A stretch of DNA of 18,891 bases from an uncultured bacterium (GCA_965371515.1 CBDUYR010000053.1:1-18891); one strand, 5' to 3'. Numbered from the stretch's first letter, positions 10,101-17,335 are shown. Made by a program: numbers and translations. The notes: generated by a model not told the origin, from the letters alone.

Positions 10101-10265
10101 CGGTTGGTGCGCGTGCTCATCGACGAGATCCGCGAGGCGGGCTCGTACGAAGTCCTCTGGAACGGCACGAACGACGAGGGCCGGAAGACGGCGAGCGGGA
10201 TCTACTTCTGCCGCATGGAGGCCGGCGATTACGAACGGACGCTGAAGATGGTCCAGCTCAGATAA
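7167..10265 (+). CDS. Secreted Cys-rich protein with T9SS/FlgD-like CTD (paralog 3)
   Basis: SD AAGGAGG in a 15-nt spacer; signal peptide MKRSTSIMIAAALAAALLAP; CTD NFPNPFNP...KMVQLR. Confidence 0.9.
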   Translation: MKRSTSIMIAAALAAALLAPNDALSRPKEDKTKGIRPGVEVPAELVKEGEALLESLGRPVLKSAAVDTFCIVWYDFETVDWQGWTAVDNTAQVDTFFHIDDFAGLGGGDYGRLVPIEGTKSAWCGTRSGDDFYLCHWRTAPGYGNLWDQSLVTDAFPFTGILTFSYHGVFDSEFEWDYTHVEYCFGEDWIRIVSIDDVLDTVAVHTLFTGAAQTKLRFHFVSDGSWSDQDGLFDSDGACIIDSITVSDDTGLIHFEDFESADAGALDTDFWHCRPGEAYGSYAGIIPNLQDKDPCGTNFTSQIVFFIGSPWMSADYPGMPVTPFCTGAGGLEGPCQSEAAVSPVIDMTRYSSGCDEVQDLDIPPEKLPELGGAILRYTIYMDLPRSNLVFYNWKMRSIVDGCPNQWEGHSIAYSGGDREYIQIDSDVSWWAGEYPVQIAFNVIDMCEAWYGVYGDCAEHTPSPWLDNIRLYKYSTAGPQWNARNLDLFQDTFPQDGNDMESFCRADNANDIAPGDEFGRIDPGDSAVVTVDAPLAGGLDTLGTGEARVYFHCSAQYIGGEPLKPHLFGPSLEGTYGSYVSDDGDWTILLCEPAATSAGNFAPDKYCIDLNDSLFTRGYMIEYYFKAYDFDGIATTWPHSAEAPDGDRYEFTCLPTLKQVPCILYVDDYHNRGTFEGIVQTYMDQAITSVNPGWELYPHVDRYDVNGPSYGVSNGIGAYVSAGSASAIFCQAYDMVLFDSGDLNSVTISDGTGNSDKSNDAQLLVDWLRLSDHDVGLCVLGDDVAYDLDHAFSAVSAELMSTICGVQLVDRSFFELTGGVEGGGIANPLVLGVPGSPFEGFQYYAYGGCPGISDFDVLDATGPGEYGLRYDGYLGGPPWAGIYTEQLNNGGHRLATIWIGHSIMMVRDADLELPPARKRLMVIVYGFLGAFLNPPSPAEIPAVTSLSDNFPNPFNPATRLKFNLAKKGHVRLRVYDVSGRLVRVLIDEIREAGSYEVLWNGTNDEGRKTASGIYFCRMEAGDYERTLKMVQLR

Positions 10266-10280
10266 GGTAAGGAGAGAGAG

Positions 10281-13200
10281 ATGAAAACCCTGTTACTTGT
10301 TGCGCTGGCGGCTGTGCTGGCAGCGGCCGCGGTGCCGGATGACGCCATGTCGCGTCCAAAAAAGGACGAGATCAAGGGACTGAGGCCCCGTATCGAGGTC
10401 CCCGACGCGCTCAAGGAGGAGGGGGAGGCCCTCCTCGAATCCCTCGGCAGGCCGATGCTGAAAGCAACCGGAGTCGATACCTTCTGCATCACCTGGTTCG
10501 ACTTTGAGCATGCCGACTGGCAGGGATGGACGATAAGGGATAACACCGCCCAGCGAGACATCTTCTTTCACATCGATGACTTCGCCGGCCTGGATGGCGG
10601 CGACTACGGCAGGCTCGTCCCGATAGAGGGCGCAAAGTCCGCCTGGTGCGGCGCGAGGCCCGGCGACGATTTCTACCTGTGCGGCTGGTCTGATGCCCCG
10701 GGGTACGGAAACTTCTGGAACCAGGCGCTGGTGACGGATGCGTTCCCGTTCGCCGGCATCTTGACTTTTTCCTATCACGGCGTCTTCGATTCTGAGCCGG
10801 AGTGGGACCGCACGATCATAGAATACTCTTTCGGCGGGAACTGGGTCCCGGTCGATTCGATCGACGGGGTAGTCGACACCGTGGCGGTGCATACGATTCT
10901 CACCGGCGCTGTGCAGACGAAGTTGAGATTCCACTTCATATCGGACGGTGCCTGGTCCGACCACGACGGTCTCCACGACAGCGACGGGGCGTGCATCATC
11001 GACAGCATAACAGTCGCGGACATCAATGGGCTGATCCACTTCGAGGATTTCGAGTCGGCCGATGTCGGCGACTTAGACACCGACTTCTGGCACTGCCGAC
11101 CCGGCAAGGAGGCGTACGGCTCGTATACGGGTCTTGCCTCGAACCTCTACGAATTCGATCCATGCGGGATTAACATGTCGTCGCAGATAGTCTTCTTTCT
11201 CGGCTCCCCGTGGATGAGTGACGATTACCCCGGTATGCCGGTCACGCCGTTCTGCCTCGGCGCGGGCGGGCTGCTGCCGCCCTGCCAGGACGTGTCGGTC
11301 ATCTCGCCGGTAATCGACTTGTCGCGGTACAGCAGCGGATGCGATGAAGTCCAGGACCTCGATATCCCGCCGGAGAAGCTGTCGGAACTCGGCGGGGCAT
11401 CATTCAGGTTTACCATCTACCGGGATCTGCCCATGACGAATCTCGTCCTGTACAACTGGTCGATCCGGAACGTCGTAGACGGCTGCCCGTCGCAGTGGAT
11501 GGACCGCACCTTCTGCTACTACGGAGGCGACAGGAAATATATCCAGTCGACATACGATGTCTCCGATCTCATCGGGGAATACCCGGTGCAGGTGCTGCTG
11601 AACGTGTTCGACATGTGCTCCATATGGTACGGGACGTTCGGTAACTGCGAGGAGCATACGCCGTCGCCATATTTTGATAACGTCCGGCTGTACAGGTACT
11701 CCACGGCCGGGCCGCAGTGGAGCGTGCGCAACCTAGATCTCTTCCAGGACACCTTCCCGCAGGACGGAAGCGACATGGAGAGCTACTGCCGCGCCGACAT
11801 GGCCAACGACATATCTCCCGGGGACGAGTTCTTCCGCATAGATCCGGGCGACTCGGTCGTCGTTCAGGTAGATTCTCCAAACGCCGGAGGGCTCGACACG
11901 CTGGTCACCGGCGAGGCACGCGTATACTTCCACTGCAACGCCGATTTCAGAGGCGGCATGCCGGGCGGGCCAGACCTTGTCGGCCCTCAGCTCGAGGGCA
12001 CGTACGGCACCTGGCTCAGCACTGAAGGGAGCGGGTGGGACGTCTTCCTCTGCGAGCCGGCTGCCACATCGGCCGGAAATATCGCACCCGACAAGTACTG
12101 CATCGATCTGAACGACTCGCTCTTCTCTCGCGGGTACATGATCGAGTACTACTTCAAGGCGTACGACCTCGACGGCGTCGCCACGACATATCCGAATGAC
12201 GCGGAGCACCCCGACGGCGACCGGTACGAGTTCACCTGCCTGCCGTTACTGACGGGCAGGGTCCTGTACGTCGACGACTATCACAACAGGGGAACCTTCG
12301 AGGGGATAGTAGAGACATACATGAATATGGCTATCGCCCCTCTGATATATGAGAGATACGACGTCAACGGTCCGTCGAGCGGCGTGAGCAACGGCGTCGG
12401 CGCGTACACATCCGTCGATGACACAACTTCGATCTTCTGCCAGGCGTACGATATGGTGATCTTCGATTCGGGCGACCTGGAGAATGTCACTATCAGCCAC
12501 GGCACTGCTAACTCAGACAAGTCGAACGACGCTCAGCTGTTCGTCGACTGGTTGAGGATCTCCAACCACAAGGTCGGCCTGTGGGTGCTCGGCGACGGAG
12601 TCGCTTCGGATCTGTCTTCATCTCCCTCTGCTGTCTCAGTGGAACTGATGAGCTCGATCTGCGGCGTGGATCTCGTCAATGAGAGCTTCTTCGAGCTGAC
12701 CGGCGGATTCAATGGAGGCGGGATCGCCAATCCCCTTGTCGTCGGCGTCACGGGAACCCCGTTTGAGGATTTTTCTTACTATGTCGCGGGGGGATGCCCG
12801 GGCATCAACGAATTTGACGTCCTGGACGCCACCGGTCCCGGGCTGCGCGGATTTCTATACAGCGGGTATGCCGTGGGGCCGTCCTGGGCCGGCATATACA
12901 CCGACCAGCTGAACAACAACAGCCAGCCGCTCAGGACCGTATGGATCGGTCACAGCATCATGGCCATGCGGGATAACACGCCTGAATACTGGTGGCCGGC
13001 GAGGCAGAGCCTCGCCATCCTCGTTGCGCAGTTCATGAATAATAAGACATATTTGCCGACCGGCACGGAAACCCCGGCGGTAACGTCTCTTGCGCAGAAC
13101 TTCCCCAACCCGTTCAATCCGGCCACGAGGCTGAAATTCGCACTGAAGGAGAAGGGGCACGTAAGGCTGCGGGTCTACGATGTCACAGGCCGGCTCGTCC

Positions 13201-13355
13201 GTGTTCTCGTAGACGAGATCCGCGAGGCGGGCTCGTACGAGGCCATATGGGACGGCACAAACGACGCGGGCCGCTCAACGGCGAGCGGGATCTACTTCTG
13301 CCGGATGGAGGCCGACGATTACGAGCGGACACTGAAGATGGTCCAGCTCAGATAA
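10281..13355 (+). CDS. Secreted Cys-rich protein with T9SS/FlgD-like CTD (paralog 4)
   Basis: SD TAAGGAG in a 15-nt spacer; signal peptide MKTLLLVALAAVLAAAAVP; closest to paralog 3 over the N-terminal half; CTD NFPNPFNP...KMVQLR. Confidence 0.9.
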   Translation: MKTLLLVALAAVLAAAAVPDDAMSRPKKDEIKGLRPRIEVPDALKEEGEALLESLGRPMLKATGVDTFCITWFDFEHADWQGWTIRDNTAQRDIFFHIDDFAGLDGGDYGRLVPIEGAKSAWCGARPGDDFYLCGWSDAPGYGNFWNQALVTDAFPFAGILTFSYHGVFDSEPEWDRTIIEYSFGGNWVPVDSIDGVVDTVAVHTILTGAVQTKLRFHFISDGAWSDHDGLHDSDGACIIDSITVADINGLIHFEDFESADVGDLDTDFWHCRPGKEAYGSYTGLASNLYEFDPCGINMSSQIVFFLGSPWMSDDYPGMPVTPFCLGAGGLLPPCQDVSVISPVIDLSRYSSGCDEVQDLDIPPEKLSELGGASFRFTIYRDLPMTNLVLYNWSIRNVVDGCPSQWMDRTFCYYGGDRKYIQSTYDVSDLIGEYPVQVLLNVFDMCSIWYGTFGNCEEHTPSPYFDNVRLYRYSTAGPQWSVRNLDLFQDTFPQDGSDMESYCRADMANDISPGDEFFRIDPGDSVVVQVDSPNAGGLDTLVTGEARVYFHCNADFRGGMPGGPDLVGPQLEGTYGTWLSTEGSGWDVFLCEPAATSAGNIAPDKYCIDLNDSLFSRGYMIEYYFKAYDLDGVATTYPNDAEHPDGDRYEFTCLPLLTGRVLYVDDYHNRGTFEGIVETYMNMAIAPLIYERYDVNGPSSGVSNGVGAYTSVDDTTSIFCQAYDMVIFDSGDLENVTISHGTANSDKSNDAQLFVDWLRISNHKVGLWVLGDGVASDLSSSPSAVSVELMSSICGVDLVNESFFELTGGFNGGGIANPLVVGVTGTPFEDFSYYVAGGCPGINEFDVLDATGPGLRGFLYSGYAVGPSWAGIYTDQLNNNSQPLRTVWIGHSIMAMRDNTPEYWWPARQSLAILVAQFMNNKTYLPTGTETPAVTSLAQNFPNPFNPATRLKFALKEKGHVRLRVYDVTGRLVRVLVDEIREAGSYEAIWDGTNDAGRSTASGIYFCRMEADDYERTLKMVQLR

Positions 13356-13399
13356 GTATTCGATCGAGCCGAACTGGTATTTAAAAAGAAGGAGAAGAC

Positions 13400-14044
13400 A
13401 TGAGAGCTCTGATGATCGCCCTGGTCCTGTCGATGATCCTTCCCGCGGCGGGATTCGCGCAGAAGCCGTGCTACTGCGAGAACGACCTGTTCGTCAGCTG
13501 TACCGGCATGAGGGTCTCCGTATGTCCGCACGGGGGTTTCGAGAGGATCGACGATGGCTGCGGGACCGGTGTCGATTACATCGAGATCATTATCAGGGAC
13601 TGCACAGGCACCGGAATCGCCGGGATACCATGGACCGATTACTGGATGAACGCATGCGACCCGGCGCACGAGCTGTGTCTTTGCGTAGAGGCTTTCGTCG
13701 CCGATTCGCTGACCGGGTCCAACGGCAGGACGACCTTTTCGGGGAAAATAGCAGCCGGCGGCTGCGTCCCGTCCGGCGGCATATATGTCGCCTGTCAGGG
13801 CATGACGATCCTGCAGAAACCGGACTGTGTCGCACCGGTCTGCCTCGACGTCGTGATCGTCAGCCCCGACATCAACGCCGACTGCGCCGTCAACCTCTCC
13901 GACCTGAGCTTCTTCGGCCAGACGTACAACAAACAATTGGGGGATGCCGGGTTCGACACATGCTGCGACTTCAACGACGACGACTGGTGCAACCTGAGCG
14001 ACTTCTCCTTTATGGGCGAGCATTATCTTCACGGATGCTTCTGA
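13400..14044 (+). CDS. Secreted Cys-rich protein with a probable Ig-like domain and C-terminal dockerin-like paired Ca-binding loops
   Basis: SD AAGGAG; signal peptide ending AGFA; 18 Cys; duplicated loops DINADCAVNLSDLSFF and DFNDDDWCNLSDFSFM fit the dockerin/EF-hand-like DxNxDxxxNxxD pattern. No T9SS CTD. Confidence 0.8.
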   Translation: MRALMIALVLSMILPAAGFAQKPCYCENDLFVSCTGMRVSVCPHGGFERIDDGCGTGVDYIEIIIRDCTGTGIAGIPWTDYWMNACDPAHELCLCVEAFVADSLTGSNGRTTFSGKIAAGGCVPSGGIYVACQGMTILQKPDCVAPVCLDVVIVSPDINADCAVNLSDLSFFGQTYNKQLGDAGFDTCCDFNDDDWCNLSDFSFMGEHYLHGCF

Positions 14045-14090
14045 CGCCGGGGCACCGGGAAGGCTATGGAATGATAAGATCGTCTTGAGG

Positions 14091-14198
14091 TGGATAGCCG
14101 ATCGTGGAACTATGATATTTACGCCCAGCGGCATCTATTTCTACCGCCTCGTCGCCGGGGACTTCGCACAGACTAAAAAAATGGTGCTGTTGCGATAA
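14091..14198 (+). pseudogene. Orphan 3' fragment of a T9SS CTD-coding gene
   Basis: 14124-14198 translates as PSGIYFYRLVAGDFAQTKKMVLLR*, a canonical CTD ending. An in-frame Trp at 14091 lies 12 codons before SG, as in intact CTDs. No PNPFN motif or cargo domain; the frame is closed upstream by TGA at 13995. Confidence 0.7.
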
Positions 14199-14220
14199 AA
14201 ACGCTCAACCAGACATGAAA

Positions 14221-14251
14221 CAGGGGGCGGGGCCTTCGGGCCCTGCCCCCT
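14221..14251. terminator. GC-rich hairpin with cUUCGg loop, copy 1 (terminator-like or REP-like)
   Basis: AGGGGGCGGGGCC-TTCG-GGCCCTGCCCCCT; the same 31 nt recur at 18775-18805. No clear U-tract. Confidence 0.55.
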
Positions 14252-14462
14252 TGTGCAATTCGGTTCGATGGCGAGTATGCGCCGGTGCTTACGGATTCTC
14301 GAAATATGTCGTCATCGGCACGAACTCGGGTGTCGGACAGACGGCGATGTGCGAGCCGGAAGGCGAATGGGGCGAGCTCTATGTCATCTATGATGGAATC
14401 AACCCGCACGCAGGTGTATCCTTTTCCCCGTGGAGAACCTGACGGTGCATCGAAGGGGAATC

Positions 14463-15584
14463 GTGGACAAAGATCGACCGAAACGCCTCATCTCCCTGGA
14501 CGTCTTCCGGGGACTGACCATCGCTGCCATGATCCTCGTGAACAATCCCGGAAGCTGGAGCCATGTCTACGGTCCATTGCGCCACGCCCAGTGGCACGGG
14601 TGGACCTTCGCCGATACGGTCTTCCCGGCATTTCTATTCATCGTCGGAGTGGCCGTCGCCTTTTCATTCGGCGGCAGGCTTGAAACGGGAGTAACCAGAC
14701 GATCCCTGTATACAAAGATAATCCGCCGTGCGCTCATACTGTTCGCGCTCGGCCTTTTCCTCAGCGGCTTTCCCTTCAATGAACTCTCGACCCTGCGCAT
14801 ACCTGGCGTCCTGCAGAGAATAGCGGTCTGTTATCTCATCACCGCGGTTATCTTCCTCAATTCGACGTGGAAGGGGCAGCTTGCCTGGGCAATGGGGCTG
14901 CTGCTCTTCTACTGGTCCATCATGGAATGGATACCGGTCCCGGGAGCAGGCGCCGGCCTCTACGAAAAAGGATTCAACCTGGCAGCCTGGGTTGACGGCC
15001 AGCTCCTCGCGGGACACATGTGGTCGCAGACCAGGACATGGGATCCGGAGGGGATCATCAGCACTATCCCCGCGATCTCGACGACACTGTTCGGTGTTCT
15101 GGCCGGACACTGGCTGAAGAGTAATCAAACGCCGCGGGACAAGACGGTCGGGCTTCTTGTCATCGGCAGCGCGGCATTGCTTGTCGGCGCATTGTGGCAT
15201 GCATGGCTGCCGATCAACAAGAGCCTGTGGACCAGTTCCTATTCCGTTTTTATGGCTGGCCTGGCTTCTATATGCCTGGGCGCCATCTACTATTTTGTTG
15301 ACGTCTGCGGTAAAAAGAGATGGATCCAGCCGGCGCTTGTCTACGGCAGGAATGCGATCGCGGTCTACGTGCTGGCCGGGATCACGGCGAGGCTGCTCTA
15401 CCTGATAAAATTTACCGGCGCTGACGGGAATACGCTAACCATAAAGGCATGGATCTATGACAATCTGTTTGCGTCCTGGCTGGGCGATCTGAACGGATCC
15501 CTGGCCTACGCGATCGCATTTATAATCGTGATGTACCTCTGCATGCTGCCGCTCTACAGGAAGAAGATCTTCATAAAGATATAG
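14463..15584 (+). CDS. Membrane acyltransferase, heparan-alpha-glucosaminide N-acetyltransferase-like (HGSNAT/NagX, DUF5009/DUF1624-type)
   Basis: Family motifs RLISLDVFRGLTI, HAQWHGWTFADTVFPAFLFIVG, RIPGVLQRIA, DPEGIISTIPAI and PINKSLWTSSY; multiple TM segments. GTG 14463 follows AAGGGGA; GTG 14430 is an alternative start. Confidence 0.88.
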   Translation: MDKDRPKRLISLDVFRGLTIAAMILVNNPGSWSHVYGPLRHAQWHGWTFADTVFPAFLFIVGVAVAFSFGGRLETGVTRRSLYTKIIRRALILFALGLFLSGFPFNELSTLRIPGVLQRIAVCYLITAVIFLNSTWKGQLAWAMGLLLFYWSIMEWIPVPGAGAGLYEKGFNLAAWVDGQLLAGHMWSQTRTWDPEGIISTIPAISTTLFGVLAGHWLKSNQTPRDKTVGLLVIGSAALLVGALWHAWLPINKSLWTSSYSVFMAGLASICLGAIYYFVDVCGKKRWIQPALVYGRNAIAVYVLAGITARLLYLIKFTGADGNTLTIKAWIYDNLFASWLGDLNGSLAYAIAFIIVMYLCMLPLYRKKIFIKI

Positions 15585-15763
15585 GACGAGAGCCAGGTGC
15601 CGGTGAGGAAGAGGCGGAATTGCACCTCCAGGGACAGTGTCAAGGATGCGACTGTACCTTATGGTTCACATTTCCAGCCGTCGATCCTCGTAGCCTCACC
15701 CCCACATTCTTGTAACCACAGCTATTTCATTTGGTTAACAAGGGTGCCCTCTGTGCCGTAATG

Positions 15764-15780
15764 CTGGTCCCTCCCTTGCA
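15764..15780 (+). promoter_or_regulatory. Candidate sigma54 (-24/-12) promoter
   Basis: CTGGTCCCTCCCTTGCA has GG(15766-67)-N10-GC(15778-79) with TTGCA, ~57 nt before the Spy-like gene. A GTC-N8-GAC dyad at 15639-15652 could be an activator site. Confidence 0.4.
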
Positions 15781-15836
15781 AAGGTGTCTGGTTGACAGCT
15801 CCAACAGATACACAGAATGAGGGAAGGAGAACCTGC

Positions 15837-16577
15837 ATGAAATTTCATAATTCCGCGGTGACCAGAACTATCATGATACTGGGCATCATGTTCGCGGTGG
15901 CATTTACCGGCTGCAGCGGTGAATCCGGCATAACCGAAGTGGAAATGTCCGGGCCCGATGTCCTTGCAGCGGAGGACCCGCTTGACGGCGTCCTTAATTC
16001 CACGATGGACTATACGCCACCCGATCCATACGAAAGAATCGACAAGCTGGCCGAGGTCCTCGGCCTGGACGAGGATCAGAAGGCAGCTCTTCTTGCGGCC
16101 TATCTCGAGTTCCGTGACGCGGTCGCGGCGCTCAAGGACCAGGTAGAGGCCGGCGATCTGACTTGCCAGGAAGCCAGGGAACAGGTAATCGTTCTTCGTG
16201 AGGCATTTGAAGCGGAGCTTCAGGTCATCCTGACGCCCGAGCAGTACGATCTGCTCCAGGAGATGCGTCAAAGCAGGGACAGGGATAGAATAAGGGATCA
16301 GGATTCCCACGAGCGCTGGGTAGTCTGGCTCACGGAGATCGGATGCGATGAGGATCAGATAGCGGCGGTTCTGGCTGCCCTGGGCACATTCCGTGCCGAG
16401 ATACATAATCTTCACGAGCAGGTCGAAGCCGGAACACTGACACTGGATGAGGCCAAGGTTGCCGCGATGGCACTCCGCGCCGAGTTCGATGCAGTGCTTC
16501 AGACCATCCTGACTCCCGAGCAGTACGAAGCTCTGCGGGAGCTCCGTCCGGATTGCGAGGGGAAGCAGAACAAGTAA
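15837..16577 (+). CDS. Lipoprotein with two tandem Spy/CpxP-like (LTxxQ) helical repeats
   Basis: ATG 15837 after SD AAGGAG; lipobox AFTG-C; two ~70-aa repeats, each containing DEDQ...QVEAG.LT..EA...LR..F...LQ.ILTPEQY, joined by an R/D-rich linker. Confidence 0.8.
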   Translation: MKFHNSAVTRTIMILGIMFAVAFTGCSGESGITEVEMSGPDVLAAEDPLDGVLNSTMDYTPPDPYERIDKLAEVLGLDEDQKAALLAAYLEFRDAVAALKDQVEAGDLTCQEAREQVIVLREAFEAELQVILTPEQYDLLQEMRQSRDRDRIRDQDSHERWVVWLTEIGCDEDQIAAVLAALGTFRAEIHNLHEQVEAGTLTLDEAKVAAMALRAEFDAVLQTILTPEQYEALRELRPDCEGKQNK

Positions 16578-16608
16578 TCGTCACTACGAGATCTATCGTG
16601 ATTATTAT

Positions 16609-16645
16609 AAAAGGACCGGGGAGGAATCAATCTCCCCGGTCTTTC
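16609..16645 (+). terminator. Intrinsic terminator (possibly bidirectional)
   Basis: 10-bp stem GACCGGGGAG(16614-16623)/CTCCCCGGTC(16632-16641), with an A-run before and TTTC after, ~35 nt downstream of the stop at 16577. Confidence 0.7.
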
Positions 16646-16714
16646 TGTTCGCAGACGTTTTCGTCAAGCAGCATAAATATGTGTCAACTGTATGATCCTC
16701 TGTCGGTTAAGACG

Positions 16715-16744
16715 TTGCTCTTTCGTAAATATTTGTGGTATAAT
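16715..16744 (+). promoter_or_regulatory. sigma70 promoter with extended -10
   Basis: TTGCTC(16715-16720), 18-nt spacer, TGgTATAAT with a perfect TATAAT at 16739-16744. Confidence 0.6.
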
Positions 16745-16790
16745 GAAGTGTTAATAATTCATAACAATATACATTATAGAGAGTGGAATT

Positions 16791-17097
16791 ATGAAATCAA
16801 TGGCGGTCATTGTACTGCTAATCATGCTGCTCCTTTGACCTGCCCCACGATTTGATACCACTCTGAGACTCACATTGCCTCCATGATCGGAGGCGGCGTA
16901 GCCGCCTCCGGAGCGGGTGGCCTGTGCCCCAGAGAGCTGTGCGGACGCTCGAGGACAGGGACCGCGCCGCCGGAACATGGCAGGTCGTCTGGAACGGCCG
17001 CGACAACGCGTCGAGACCGGTCGCATCGGGGATATATTTCATGAGGATGAACGCGGGCGCCTACGGGAAGTCGCGCAAGATCGTTTACTTGCGTTAA
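16791..17097 (+). pseudogene. Collapsed T9SS cargo gene: signal-peptide stub plus CTD remnant
   Basis: 16791-16838 gives MKSMAVIVLLIMLLL*. In another frame, ~16933-17097 gives RAVRTLEDRDRAAGTWQVVWNGRDNASRPVASGIYFMRMNAGAYGKSRKIVYLR*, the second half of a CTD. Not shown in the ORF track. Confidence 0.75.
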
Positions 17098-17255
17098 CGC
17101 TGCCCTGATCGAACACGAACCGGTATTCCCCGCCCCTTCTCATACCATCTTCTGATAATTCCATAATATGCAGGCTTGTTTCGCAAACACAGCCCCGCTG
17201 CGGGAATATATGCCACCTCGGCCGACCTTAATCTCAATAAGCCCAACCCGGTCTA

Positions 17256-17272
17256 CTGGACCGGAATTTGCA
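17256..17272 (+). promoter_or_regulatory. Candidate sigma54 (-24/-12) promoter
   Basis: CTGGACCGGAATTTGCA has GG(17258-59)-N10-GC(17270-71), ~65 nt upstream of ATG 17336. Confidence 0.35.
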
Positions 17273-17335
17273 TAAAAATCCAGACTAACCGCAACTGGTA
17301 CAGATACTTGAGAACACAAACCACGGGGAGAAACA

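Noticed and set aside
881..13355. Diversity-generating retroelement or CRISPR-like explanation for the repeats
   Set aside because: No reverse transcriptase, no template/variable pair differing only at adenines, and no regularly spaced direct repeats with spacers.
965..14134. Many long antisense or alternative-frame ORFs (e.g. 3975..5189, 7182..8393, 3125..4132, 13319..14134, 13468..14088)
   Set aside because: They overlap well-supported genes and reflect GC3 codon bias. Their mutual similarity simply mirrors the paralogy.
16836..16885. TGA readthrough or selenocysteine rescuing the 16791 gene
   Set aside because: Further in-frame stops follow and the CTD remnant is in a different frame. 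Other genes here use TGA as a normal stop.
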